From Lytechinus pictus (Eukaryota), in the NCBI RefSeq assembly GCF_037042905.1, contig NC_087262.1, positions 15,438,001 through 15,502,000 on the forward strand: DNA of 64,000 bases. The letters are read 5' to 3'. The position numbers and the translations under genes were made by a program. Positions 1-13,521 of this stretch are shown piece after piece. Positions within the stretch are counted from its first letter, which is position 1. The number at the start of each line of letters is the position of its first letter. The notes beneath the pieces are model-generated. The model had not been told where the DNA came from and made no database searches. It saw only the letters and a program-made list of their open reading frames with translations.

Positions 1-724
1 AATTTCGCTCCCGAAATGCTCAGAAATGCTCAAAAAAAAACTTAAGGAAACTGAAAAAAGGAGCCCTTGAAAATCCCCATTTTGTTGCTATGTTAAAGCT
101 TTTACAGTGCTTCAGATTCAGGAAGTAAGTTGTGAAGAGTAGTCCTCAATTGAATAAAAATTGATCTACATGTATTAACTGCTGACTCCCACCAGGCATG
201 ATGTTCTCCCAACTAAAATTGGAATTCTGATTTTTTAAAATATTTTTTAAAAGATTTTTTTAATATTATTTTTGTTATTTTTATTTATTTCTTTTTTATT
301 TGTAATCCTTTGTCAAAGAACATTCTTATGCTGTTTTTTTTACTGCTTTTTTAAGTCTAATGATAGAGCTATCATGCAGACTCACCTTGAAAAATCTCTT
401 TCGAATTCTTTACTATGAAAGAGCTTGTAACCCCGACCAGGGCGTCTTGGACTTCGACAGGGACTTAGCCACCCTTGGCTACTTTTCAGATTTTTTTTTC
501 AGAGGGGAATATCATGCCTGTCCCTCATGCCAACAGCTGCAATAATGTACCTTTTTTATAAGAGTATTTATAGCAAAAATTGTTTAAATATATAAGAAAA
601 AATAAACAAATCGGAAAATGATAACCTCAGTAATTAACCAACAGCCTTGTTCATTGACATTTCAAGAAAACTTGCTTTAATTTTTTAAACGCAGTCTTCT
701 TTTTTGATTGTTCACTTGATACAG

Positions 725-3700
725 TTTCTGTACCTGGTCCAATGAGACGATCAACGTATGGACTCACTTACTGGGTTTCTTAATCTTCCTTGGTCTAACC
801 ATATATGATAACGTCATCATGATCCCGTTCTACCAGGGCTCTCTATTTGATCATGTGATCTATACAGGCTTCCTATCTTGCTATCAGGTGATCAGTCATC
901 TTAAACCTTCCATTATTCAATCATAATATAGTGGTCTTTATTTTCCTTGATCTGACCATCTATGATTGCATCATGATCCCATTATATCAGCATATATTTG
1001 CATTTATATTTCATATCTCTTGAAATTGATGTTAATACTAATCAAATGTCAAATAAAATTATTGTTCAGAAATATGCAGCGTGTTTTCTCCAAAACGGGA
1101 CACTTTTCCTTAGATACAATTCTCACATGAGAAATCCCCTTGAGTACATCTCAACTTCAGGAAAGCTCCCCGAAGAACTCTTTTGCCAATAAGAATTTTT
1201 AGGATTACCATTCAGATGGGGAGTTGTCCTGTGGAGCCTTTCATGAAGTAGATAGGCGGTCATTTCCTCTGACAACTGTTATAGCAATTGAAATCTTTGC
1301 ATCTGATTGGCTTAGAGCAAATTAGTGAAAATCAGTGACAAACCTCTTTGTGAAATGCTCCCCTAGAATTTGTATTTCGATTGCACTTAAAAATTAATTA
1401 GCAGGAGATATATAATGATTAACTTGAAATGCGTCTTCTTTCTCTTTGACAGTTTTGTATGTTTGCCTCTGCTGCTTTTCACCTGTTTTCTGGTGGCAAT
1501 GAAACGATATACAAACGATGGTTTGGTATTGACTTGGCTGGTATTTCAGTAGGAATCATGGGATGTTATCTACCTGGGATATATTATGCTTATTATTGCT
1601 TTACGGTAAGTGAATGTAACAACCCTGTCTCATAGTTTGAAACAATCATAAAGGTTATGATGAGTAGTTGTGGGTATAGGATATTGGCGTTAAACTGATT
1701 AAAGGTGATATCACATTTGTTTAAATTCCATGAAAAAATCCATGTGAAACATCATTCGACATTCAATGTTAACTGGTGAAATTGATTTCTGTGATCCCAA
1801 AATATTATCACTTAAAGTGCACAGACTCATACAATTGAATTATTGAATTGTTTTATTAGTTATTTTTTAAATTACAGAAATGTTGAAATGTCATATATAT
1901 GTTTGATAATGATTCTCTGTGTCTTTTTTATTGGCCCCTCAGTACGGAAGTACACTACATTAACTGAATAATTGCAGTCTTTTTTAATTTCACAAATTTC
2001 AAACATCACCAAAATTACTACTTTCACTTATCTCCAACATTACCACTTTGCATATTGCTATTCCTGCTTATGAAAAGAACACTAGAAATCCTGAGAAATG
2101 TTTTATAAACTTGTGAGTATGCTAAATAGCTATAAAATTGGGGGGGGGGGAAACCTGTACATATCAAAGTATGTTATTGGCTCATGTGGTATTGATATCT
2201 TTGTCTTTGACAGTTTTGGAGGAATGTATACCTCATTCTTGCATCCTCTCTCATCTTAGTGACCATCTTGGTTCAGCTACATCCGAGATACCTCTCAGCT
2301 CATTGGTACAGTCGTCGGATTATGCTCTTCTGTGCCATGGTTGGTTTTGGCGTGGCTCCCACAATGCATTGGGTGTTTCTCTATGGGGGAGTTAATACCC
2401 CTATAGTGAAGGTAAGGAATTGACGGACGACAGGGGTCAGTTTCACAAAAGGATCATTAGTCTAAGTTAATGGACCTACATTTATAGAAATGTGTGTTAA
2501 AATTATAAAAATTTATCTATGTGTTGACGAAGAAGTTTGTCAAATTGATGACTTGATAAACAGGCCCATGTTTTCAGGTTTGCCTTTTTAAAACCATGTT
2601 GCCTCTCTGATTAGATGTTCAGTTTAGATCGACAATGTGCATTGTTGGCAAAGTTGCAAATGTTCTTCCTCACAGTATAAAGATAGGAGGCACAGCCCAC
2701 CCTAATATCAATTTGATATGAATAACAGGGATAACTGACAAACGGCTGAAAATTTCATCAAAATCCATATGTAAAATAAGAATTGATTGTATTTTAAAAA
2801 AAAAATCTATGGTTTCATATGACTGTGATCTGTATAACATGTCTTGTTTTTACATAGGACCTTCCAGAACTTTGTTGAAATAATTCCCCAGCATCCTCAA
2901 CTGCTAATTAGATTTGAGAAGTAAAGTTATACCAATCTGTGATGACAATTATAAGTGACATCATACAATTAATGTTTCATAATCTTGTTTCATGTAGCTG
3001 ATATTACCCAGGGTCATTGTACTATATCTGATGGGATTTACGGCTCTCATATTCTATGCAACTAGGTTTCCAGAAGTATGCTGTCCAGGTGAGTAGATGT
3101 AGAAAAAAGAAGAAATATTAAGAAATACATTGTATGAAACTACTAGTATGCTCTGCTCGGAAAATGCCTGACATGGTTCTTTTCTAATGCTGAAAGACAA
3201 ATGTGGAGATAAATTCATTCTGATAGTGATATTGATAGTGCTAGGTTATTTGGACCAATCTTACAGAACTTGTTGCTTTTTCAGTGGAAGTTGTTGGCAA
3301 TACTATTTTTTATAACAAGCATGAAATTAAATATGATTTTGATAATCATATTGAAAAAGTAAAAAGAGAGACAATTGTGAATAATGACAAAAAACATTAT
3401 TTGTATTTAAGTTTTATGTTTTGAGCAAATTTTGTTCCAATGTGCAGTGTGCACTGAGCATTATCTGACCAGTGCTTTGATGTTAATAAATTGCACTGAG
3501 TAGGAATGATGGTTGATACTATTATGACTCTTCCTTGGACCCTGGAGAGTTACAATTGGGTTTTGTAGCCTTTTCTTTAAAAAATAATAAGTGGAAGTTC
3601 AGGGCAAGTTTTCCACAATCCACATGTTGAAACATCTGTTCTGTACAATATTGTGAGAAGTGGCCCAGTGGATTAGTGTCCGGACTTTGAAACAGAGGGT

Positions 3701-4840
3701 CGTGGGTTTGAATCCCAGCTATGGCGTAATTTCCTTCATCAAGAAATTTATCCACATTGTGCTGCACTCGACCCAGGTGAGGTGAATGGGTACCCGGTAG
3801 GATTTATTCCTTGAACACTTTAGCGCCTATTGCCGCCTATTAATTTTGCGGCTCAGCTACAGCCGGGGTAATAATATGATACCAAGTATCAAAACGCAGT
3901 TGAGTATATGCACATAGTAACTGCGCTATGGACGTATTATTATACAGTGCGTCCCAGAAAAAACGAAACCGAGATTAAGCGATGATTTATCATAACTTAA
4001 TCACAAATACAATAGACAAATGACCTACCAATGTAAAGCTTAGAATCTCCTCTTTCATTTGGTATTACTTAGATTATTCCCCATTCACGCATGAGTGAGC
4101 AAAAACAATTTAACAAAAGACTTAATGCATGGCTGATCGTCAACAAAACGGAGTGTCAAGTGAGTTTGAACGCTAGCCTGTAGAACCTCTTAATTTTATG
4201 AAATTATTGAAATTCAAGCCTTATTTCAAATAACCAGAACTTTGTTATTTCTTGATCATTTTCTGTAATTGAGGTATCAAATTAAAGAGCAGATATTGAA
4301 CTTTTTAAAAATGTGGTTTTCTTTTTTAAACCCAGATACAGCCCGCCAAATGACTTTTTGGTATCCCCTCTTCAAAATGTTTTTGCTCACTCATGCGTGA
4401 ATAAGAAATAATCTAAGTAATTTCAGATGAAAGAGGAGATTCTAAGCTTTGCAATGGTAGGTCATTTGTCTATTGTATTTGTGATTAAGTTATGATAAAT
4501 CTCGGTTTCGTTTTTTGTGGGACGCACTGTATAAGTGATATTTGGTGAACTCAATACCATCTCTTCATTGGAGGTTCGCAGGTAGATTTTTTGTTTATTG
4601 TCATTTCGTGAGACCTATAATCTTGATACCAATAATAGTTTATATTTTTCTTTGTTTTTTATTCATACAGGTAGAGTGGATTACATTGGTAGCAGCCACC
4701 AGCTTTGGCATGTTCTCGTTGTCATAGCCTTTTTATGGTGGCACCAAACAGGCGTTATCATGATGGAGTTTGTTCACAATTCAGACCCTTGCAAACATGT
4801 AGTGCAGGAATCGCTCATCAACCCTTATTTAGAAATGTGA
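725..4840 (+). CDS. PAQR3: Progestin and adipoQ receptor family member 3 (5'-partial; last 5 coding exons)
   Basis: Exons 725-887, 1453-1605, 2214-2411, 2998-3088, 4671-4840(TGA), all AG/GT bounded with matching phases. Translation shows PAQR/HlyIII motifs SNETINVWTH, SAAFHLF, D(L)AGIS, FPE..PG..DYIGSSHQLWH, closely resembling vertebrate PAQR3. The N-terminal exon lies upstream of the window. Confidence 0.93.
3656..3940 (+). mobile_element. tRNA-derived SINE
   Basis: tRNA-like head with A box (TGGCCCAGTGG) and B-box-like GGTTTGAATCCC, central ACCCAGGTG..AATGGGTACCCGG motif shared with other copies in the window, (ATT)n tail. Confidence 0.75.
3945..4529. mobile_element. Tc1/mariner-type MITE
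   Basis: Long TIRs starting CAGTGCGTCCCA and ending TGGGACGCACTG, flanked by TA on both sides; no ORF. Confidence 0.85.
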
Positions 4841-5669
4841 TGTCTACCACAGTTAGTTTAAGGTTAGATTATGCTGATGTAACATCTGGTTATCAACTGA
4901 TCAAGGAAGAATATACTCTTTGAATAAATATGGCGTGAATGCTGACTAAGGCAAACTATTTTACCACAAACTCCTGCCACTTTTCCATTCCTGGAAGGCC
5001 AATAGACTCAGCAGTGTTTTGGTGTATTTTGATGGAGTGAGCTCTGCGACTGGGAACGCCTTACCTCACATTTCTTCTGTGCGGATGCGTAGTTCAGAGA
5101 GTGGTGGAGTCCTATACTCTGGACCTACCACTTTAACATAGGTGTTTGAGGTGTTTGTTTATGTTTTTTGTTATTTCTCATTGAATTTGTGATTATATGA
5201 TGTTTTTAATATTTCTTTAAGTACAATTTTTGTTATGGGTTGGCCTCACACAAGGTTTCTTCCTTTTTGGCCATTACCTTCCTCACTTTCTTTAAATTTG
5301 ATGTTCATTGTATTACATCGTCTATTTTTTTATGTATTTTTATCTTGATCTCTTGAGGAGAAATAAATGAAACTTGAAACATAGGTAGGTTTCAGTCAGG
5401 TTGTGGGCCATGCCCAACACTGCCACATGCCTAGCACCAAGCTCCCAGTGTGGAGCTAGCTAACTAGTACATCATCATGTAGGTAGATGGCTTTCTTGAT
5501 GAAGTCAGTATTTCTTAGTAATATAAATGATTAAATGTCAGAGATTAATCATGCTGTAAAAACTTTCCGAGCATAAGGTCTGCGTATGAAGTGTATGCGT
5601 TTTCATTTGTCTTCGTGCAGTTTATAGTGCATGTACCCCGATAAGGACACAAGCCATAATGAATATTAA

Positions 5670-6480
5670 ACTCCAACTCAAATTTTTCTTTAGAAACATG
5701 ATGTTCATGTTGTGTCTAGTTTAATTTATGTTAGCAATAATATTTCTCATTTTTTATCAAATCAAATTAGATTGCTATGGAAACATGTTGTTCTTGTTTA
5801 GCTGATATAATTCATGTTAGAAACAAAGCTGTTGACTTTGAAAGCATGATATCTAGTATATGACAAGTAAGCAGTAATACTTATTACTCAATGGACGTAC
5901 TCATAGTCTAATAATTTAATTGATTAAAAGCATTCTTCTTCAACTCAACTATTGTCTTAGGGGTGTTGCAAGAAAATATTTGCAATTAATCGCAAATATT
6001 CTGTTGCAATTTTACAATTGATTGATCACTTTTAACTATAGCAAATCAGATTACACTCCTTGTTTCATGGAGCAGATTAGCAATCAATCGCAAATTTGTA
6101 AATAATTGCACAGCATATGCTTGATTTCAGGAACGAAAATAAACCTGCAATTGATCACAAGTTTCTTGCAATGCCCCGTTAGAAACACAACATCCATGTT
6201 GTTTACCTCAATTCTTGTAAGTCTACCACCCAATTCATTAGAAATATGATTCAACTCAAATATTTTCTTCCAAACATGATGTTCATGTTTCTCTAGCTTA
6301 GTCAGTATTTAGCTTTATAATACTTGTCATTGTCAAATACCTGATTCATTAGAAATAACAATATTTAACTCCAATATTGTCTTAGAAACATGTTTCTGTT
6401 CGTCTAGCTTAGTTCTTGTTAGCAATAATGCTAGTCATTTTCAAACTAAATTATATTGCTATAGAAATATGATATTCATG
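5670..6480. repeat. Degenerate tandem repeat (~110-bp units) downstream of PAQR3
   Basis: Recurrent AACTCAAATATT..CTTAGAAACATGATGTTCATGTT..TCTAGCTTA..GTTAGCAATAAT blocks, interrupted by the MITE at 5960-6177. Confidence 0.6.
5960..6177. mobile_element. MITE (PIF/Harbinger-like)
   Basis: TIRs GGGGTGTTGCAAGAAA / TTTCTTGCAATGCCCC, with TTA at or next to both flanks. Confidence 0.65.
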
Positions 6481-8742
6481 TTCAGTTTGTGGGGTTGTGG
6501 TAGATGTAGAAATTATACAAGTAACTCTAAGTCAGATCTTCGTGCAGACTCAAATTGAGAACAATAGAGTGACCAAGCTAGAGCAATAGGATCTCTGGAC
6601 TGTTTCTTTTGTTCGGGCTTGCAAGTGTAAATTTGATTGTAAATTATTTTCAAAGAAAGCTGACTAGTTCTGTAGGAAAAGTTTGATTTAGATTTACATT
6701 AGGTCAATAACACATTTATTGGTCTGAACATTTGCTACCTCTTAGAATTTGTTTGATGATTTTATTCGTTAATTCAGATATATGTATGAAATGTTACCTC
6801 AAATGCCAGTTCTAATAATATTACCTATGCTAGTATTTAGACATTGAACGTAATCTCCATAGTTAAGAAAAAGATTATGCAATAAAGTATATAACTTGAT
6901 ATATTTAATTATACCCATTCCATTGCGAAGTAAGCATACTTGTTAATTCTTCATCCAATCTCTGTTACATGTAAGAAATGAACAGGTTAATTGAATGTTA
7001 AGAAACATGTCATTGTCGTCTGTGGCCATAATTTTATTTATTTTTAGTTTGTCCATTCCCCAATCATCCAACCATACTCTTGCTGTCAATCTGCTGTTAA
7101 TTCTGGTACAATTACGATTTGGTCTATTTATCACTTGGTCTAATGTGAAAGATAACGGCTACCTTTTTTAAGTATGGAAAACTAGTTTTGTTGTGGGAGA
7201 AAAATTATTTTTAAAATGATTATGGAGTATGTGATAAGATCATTTCTCTTACTGTTCTATGCTATGTGATAGATGTAATATAAGTTAGTATGTTTTGTTT
7301 TGTATTTAGTTAGATATTTATTGAGAGTCCATTTTTTATTTAAAATTTGGTGTTGTGATTGATTCTTTTTGCTAGATGCAGCATGCAAGATTTCTTTTGC
7401 AAGGGTGCAAAACATGTCAAGTGTTCAAGAATATGTACTAGCAATGGAGTGAAGTGAACAAGCTGATTATAAGGGTATTTTTCTATACTTTTTTAAGAAC
7501 CAAAAGTATCTGGTGCATTTTTAAGTGAAAAATCTTGAATGTTTGCAATAAACTAAAGAAGAATTTTACAATTTTGCCCCTCCCCTACCTTTGCTGTAGG
7601 TCTATTCGGGTTTTCTTATGTTAATTCTACAATAAAACAGAGTCCAAACTACTAAATGGTATGCAATTGATAATAATGTAATGACTTTTGTTTGGTTTGG
7701 AGTCGGTTTTACCGTTGTGACAGTAGTATAAGTCAATGAATGTGATGTATTGCTGCAAAACACTGCAATATCTATTTTTGTTGAACCAAGAGGGCTGTTT
7801 TTTGCAGAGTCGGCCTCATTCTGCCTCCCCCCAAACTTTTCAAACTGTTGCGGAGCCTTTTGCCTTCATCCTTTTGTGTTACGCCTATTCAATCAACTTG
7901 AATTTTTTTAAAAAACTTTTACAGAGTTGGTCGTGTGAAATATGTTACAAATGATGATGTCCATGGCATTACAGTCAAACTTGCCTCACTTAGGATAGCT
8001 ATAGCCGAAATGCGATTAAACTGTTATGATATTTTTTTAGTTTATTTTGCTTAGGGAAAGTTTAAACATATTTGCATAACTTTCTGTTTATTTATATTTG
8101 CAATGTACTGTATTTGCTGCAGTTCTTTCATCAGTCATATAGCATCTCAATTAACTTTATTCAGTGAATGAAACAAGAGTTTTTAATACATATCGTATTG
8201 GCAGGGGCACAAAAAATTACTGAAATGATAATGATATTGTAATAAAGATAAAGAGAATATGCCTAAATTGATATGACTGAAATTAGAAACCTGTATCACA
8301 ACACTTCCCTTTGTGTATATGGTGCTAATTTGAATGCAACTCTTTGAAGATTGAAAATTGTAATCCTGGTGATTGTTTTGTAGTATTATGATTTTATAGT
8401 TGACTCACTTATGTGCATTTCCCCCTAAAACTGGCTATACTCCGTGGAGCGGGAATTCCAGTTTATCCAGCCGCATACATGATGATCATCTTTATCTATG
8501 AGTAATATGAATAGGTGTTTTGGTAACATTGTGTAATTCAGTTTTTGTGTAATTGAATGATTCATGCATAAGGCATGGAGGCCAATCACACAACTTGATC
8601 TTGCAGTACTTCCATTGTCTTGTCTTTGTCGCCAGCTTGTCTTTTATAATATTGAAAGTATTAAATTATTCAAGCGAATCTAGTCCTTATGTCTGATTGC
8701 TTGTGTTTGTCTGATGTCTTTGAATTGTGCTTGAAAATATTA

Positions 8743-9097
8743 GGCCCAAATTCACAAAGGTGGTTTGAACCAATGGTTTATGCAGATTTCCTCTAGAAAT
8801 TACGCTTAATTTAATACCACGTATGATACAAAAAATTATCCAATGCCGATGCACGCTTTTGTAACGTCTCCAAATTGATGCAAGCTATTTTTTTTATGAG
8901 TCCACTTTTCAAAACAGTGGACTCTTGAATAAAATAGCGTGCTTAACCATGGCAACAGGTGTCAATTTTGCACAATGTGACAAAAGCACGCATCAGCATT
9001 GGTCAATTTTTGATATGCTCGGTAAATGAAGTGTAATTTCTACAGGAACTCAATCTGCACAAGCCATGGGTTCAAACCACCTTTTTAAAATTGGGCC
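8743..9097. mobile_element. PIF/Harbinger-type palindromic MITE
   Basis: TIRs GGCCCAAATTCACAAAGGTGG..., TTA target duplication (8740-8742, 9098-9100); second copy at 49945-50361. Confidence 0.8.
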
Positions 9098-9650
9098 TTA
9101 ATTTTTTGGGGAATTTTGAGCAGGTTTATTTTTATAGATATTTTTGCAACTCATTTGCAAAGCTTGGCAGTGAACAAGACATATATTTGAGAAAGAAATA
9201 GAGAGGACAGGATGGAGAGTGAGAGAGAGAGAGAGAGAGAGAGGGGGGAGAACAAAAGAGGACTGTATTAAAGGGAGAAAAGAGTGAGAGGGGGATCATA
9301 GATTGAGAATCTGAACAAGGAGGAGAGATCAAATGAGATCATATAGCTGATCAAGAAATGAGGGATGAGTGATCAATAGCTCTGTAGTTTGTAGAGGGCA
9401 TTGGATCCCTCATGATGGTGTTCCTGGAAGAGGAGCTAAGCTGAGCTTAACAGCTGGGAGATGGGGGCATATAGGCCTATAAGTGGCCTAAAATTCCATC
9501 CTGAATCAGGATCATTTTGGTGAAAAGAGTCTCTATAAGTGTTAATTGCTATATAACCCTAAATTTTTTGTGAGTATATAACAGTAAAATTTGAGAATCA
9601 ATCATTCAAGGGTAAATGATTCCTCCCAAGATCTCTTTGCCTGAGCTGAA

Positions 9651-10005
9651 CAGAAGCGGATCTAGAGGGGGGGTTGGGGGGGTTGCAACCCCCCCAAAAA
9701 AAAAAATCTGGGGACCATTTTTTTAAATCTTATCTTTTTTTTTAAACTTGTAATTTTATTATATTTCTATGTATTTATTTCATTTATTATTATTATTATT
9801 ATTATTATTTCTTTTTGGGGGAGGGGGGGGGGGAAATGCCATTTTCACACACAGATTTTCAAAAATTTTCCCTACTGTGGGAGGGGGGACACCCCCCTCC
9901 CACACCCTCCCCCCTCGCTCGCTCCGCTCGCTTGGACTCGGTCGCTACGCTCCCTCGCATACCACCCCAACCCCCCCCCTTTATAAAAAGCTGGATCCGC
10001 CCCTG
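9651..10005. mobile_element. Non-autonomous DNA element with 5-bp TSD
   Basis: Termini CAGAAGCGGATCTAG / CTGGATCCGCCCCTG; CTGAA direct repeat at 9646-9650 and 10006-10010; internal G/C tracts and CGCTCGCT motifs. Confidence 0.65.
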
Positions 10006-10439
10006 CTGAATAAGTAAAAAAAAAAACAAAAACAAACATTTGGGCGGACGGACCACACCCAGCCCCACCCACCATTCACAGTTAAAGAGCAAAGATTAAA
10101 AGGATAACTTACTAAAATACTAAACCCTGTGTTCGGGGATATGGGGTCGGGGTGGTAGCACCGGCTGCAGCAGTACCTGCATAGCTACTCCTATCAATCA
10201 CAAAAATTTTACCATGGACCTACTACAAACCAAGCAATCATACCATGCATGTATCTATACCTGGTTTATATGATTAGATTTCTAGGAAAAGCCCCCCGGG
10301 GGGAGTTTATCATTCCTTTAAATTTATTTCAATGCGCGTCCTTTGACCCCCGAGTTGAAGTTCGACTCCGTAGCCTATGCATGCAGCGCCTTGTACGGTA
10401 CTACAGTACTGAATTCACGTTAGCAATCTCTACTAAGCA

Positions 10440-11220
10440 TTCTCTTTAGTTAACTAAGATCGGAAGGATCGTCTCTCTTCTTTGATCCGGAATAATTAGA
10501 TCATCTCAGGAGGACCTCGTATAGGAACTTAATTATTTGAGTAAGTTGATGTTAAGTTGTGAGAGAATCGTGTGATCAAGTTGTATTCTACTATTTTAAC
10601 CTTGTTTATTTGTTTTTACAATGACAGTCTGTAGCCCAGTGCCAGAGGCGGAGCAGAGCAGGTCGCTGCACGCAGACCGTAGCCGCAGTGCAGTACGGCG
10701 CAACCCCAGGGGCCTCGTGCGGCCCGGGCCCGGCCCACAATCCAATCAATCTCGTCTAACTCTAAATAAAAGTTAGACAGCTGGCTGCCGTCTGTTTCGA
10801 GGAGTTTTTTAACATTTTTTTATATTTTAAATTTCTCATCGTACACAGACAGCTCGTGATCGTGCAGCTGCCATTAATTACATGAATTATTAGGGGGTAA
10901 ACAATGCAAAAGACATTGATTTTTGTCTTTATTTCATAAAAACAGAACTGGACCAAATAAAGATTAGGGCCTATTAATGTATTATAATTATTCCGTTTTG
11001 GCCTGAAATGCACAATATAGGTATGTGCGAATACGGGCGCATCGCGAGCGCTGGTTTTGGCTGCACGGTTTTCGCGCGGGTTTTGCTGCAAGTGGCATCG
11101 TCTCTGTCTGGGTGGCCTCTTGACTTGTCGATGCCCTGGCGGCTGCTTCCCGAGCGAAGCGAGGGATTTCCTAATTCGCAAAGCGAATTAGGCTTGGCGC
11201 GAGCCAGGGCCTCTTGACAT
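10440..11220 (+). promoter_or_regulatory. Candidate RAP1GDS1 promoter / non-coding first exon region
   Basis: Locally CpG-rich (10620-11220) against an AT-rich background, strong GTAAGT donor at 10541, upstream of the ATG-containing exon, which has its own acceptor at 14830-14831. Inference only. Confidence 0.3.
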
Positions 11221-11596
11221 CTGAGCTGAATTATATATTCATGAGGAACGTCTTCCTAATAATATATAAAGAATATTTCATTTCCAGATGGGTCTAAGTC
11301 CTGTACCGTATTTATGTTTTTTTTATTTTTATTAATTTTACTATTTGTTTTTATTTACTTTTCTATTTTTTTTCATTAGGGGTGCAGGTGGGGGTTGTGT
11401 TTTAAACTGGAAAATGGGGACGGGATTTGTACAAGTTTTTGTGTCACTTTTGTTTCTCTTGTGTTTAGTGTTTGTTTGGAGCTTTGATGTCTGTTTGGTT
11501 GTTGTTTAGAGCTTTGTTATCTTTTTTTCCTGGTTTTTTGTTTTGTTTTGAAAGAAATAGACATCTCTTTTCCTTTTCTTTTGGCTTCAACTAATA

Positions 11597-13507
11597 ATTT
11601 GAATTTATTTATTTTTCTTAAAAAAAGAGAGCTCAAACAGGGCCTTTGTAATACAATGTATGTATACAAATCTAAGAAATACATTGAAAATGATAGAATA
11701 TACTAAAGCTTATTTTTTATCCTTCTTGATACTTTAAATAAATTGCATACAATGCTGCATACATATTTTTCACTTAGCTGCTCATCCCTCCTAAAAAAAA
11801 TGTAATCAAATGTCCATTGTCTTTAAAATCAAAAGCTACATATTACACATGTATAACAAATTGTTGAAACAATAGAATAAGGAATTGGTGAAACAATCAA
11901 ATACATCAGAAAAAAGCACACTTGTATTTTTATTTGGTCATACAAAGTACAAAAGGAATAATTTTTATACGTAAAAAAAGGACCCCCGTACATACATCAC
12001 ATCTATACAAAATTACAATACTTAAGTTGTAAAAAAGCTTGTAATTTATATCAGAAAAACAAAGAAATATGTGACGTACAACCCCTGACACCATCGACGA
12101 CAGAACTAGCCAAGTCCATGTACTGTAAAGTACCGTGCAACTGTGCAGGTTCAGTCTGCAATTTAATATTTTAAACAATAAACACTTGTTAAGTCAACAT
12201 GTCTTGTAACAGATACATTTTCTCACATGTATCATGAAATTATTTCTTTTCCTTTTATATGCAAATGAATATCATCACGCAAATTAATATCTATCTTGCT
12301 TGAAATACTAATATTTTGTTGTATCAAGTGTCATTCTTTCAATATAGCCTACGCTTACATCAGCTGTATTCTCACAACCTTCTTCGATTAAATCAAACCT
12401 CTACTCAAGGCATTCTCATGAGCCTCTACCAGCTTTGAAATATCTCAACTTTGTCTAACATTGCCCTTTTTTGTCTCACATGAACTACACTTATTATCAT
12501 AAATGTACTCCAAATTTATACAGGCCTTTGTTTTAGTCATAGCCCTCAATACATGTATATTAACTGTAAACAAAGAACTCATAGTCATATTTTCTTGTAA
12601 TTAAAAAACCCTACAAGTATTTGGTGTCGTCAAACAATAAGGAATAGCGCACTCTACGACAAATTAACGTAAGTGCCCACGTACCCGATTCACTATCCAT
12701 TATGTAACACACATACTGTAGCGTGCACTTTCACATATTGAAACTCACGATGCAGTAATCTGGCACTTCAAATAATCATACTTAAATCCCATGAAATTAC
12801 AATTGAATCAGTTGTATAGATAATTAAACTATTTAACTTCAAGATTAAATGCTCGTGTACTCAGATCATTGGGCTTGTATGCAATTTTAAACCAAAATCA
12901 ATGGCATCGTGGGGCAACAAAACAACTCCAAACTCAGAATTTTTAGCAGCGCGCTTTGACAACGCCCTCACTGGCCAAACTTGTATTTCGCTTCGAAATC
13001 ATCGCTTATGACGTCAGTCTCGCCAATTCACACCCGACAAAATACATTAGAAATTACAAAAACAATACTTTAAACAAATTCATTTAGGAAATTATCTACA
13101 TGATGCTGTTTTGATGCCAACTATTAAAATTATATATATTATCTATCATGATCACCTTCATTTGGCAAAATAAAGAGGCGAGTAATTGTGATTTTGCGTT
13201 ATTTGCATAATTAATTAGAATTAATTAGAAGAAATTATTTTACACATAATAAGAAGAAAAATTACAAGATGAAAGGATTACACATCAATTGAGCCTTCTT
13301 TCACCTTTCCATTGATACCAAAACTACATGTAAATTACTTCATAGGGCTAAAAAACAAAGAAGTTAGAGCCTGTTGAAGACTTGGGTTCAAAATGGTCAC
13401 AAAAATCGGTTCTGTACTCCATTGACTTTACATTAAGACAATAAGAGCTTTCAAATGATACCAAATTTATTCATATTTGATTATTTTCATTTTTTTTGTC
13501 ACATATC
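11597..13507 (+). repeat. Interspersed repeat copy A (inverted homologue at 60157-62150)
   Basis: 11597-12069 and 13040-13507 match the reverse complement of 61680-62150 and 60157-61680 (excluding the LINE insert), e.g. GAGAGCTCAAACAGGGCCTTTG and GATCACCTTCATTTGGCAAAA. Confidence 0.8.
12070..13039. mobile_element. Probable solo LTR
   Basis: TGT...ACA termini, AAATA 5-bp direct repeats (12065-12069, 13040-13044); the segment is precisely absent from the homologous repeat copy near 61675. Confidence 0.6.
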
Positions 13508-13521
13508 TGCACAATAACCAT

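Noticed and set aside
10762-11217. 139-aa and 69-aa ORFs in the GC-rich patch
   Set aside because: No domain similarity; explained by local GC content.
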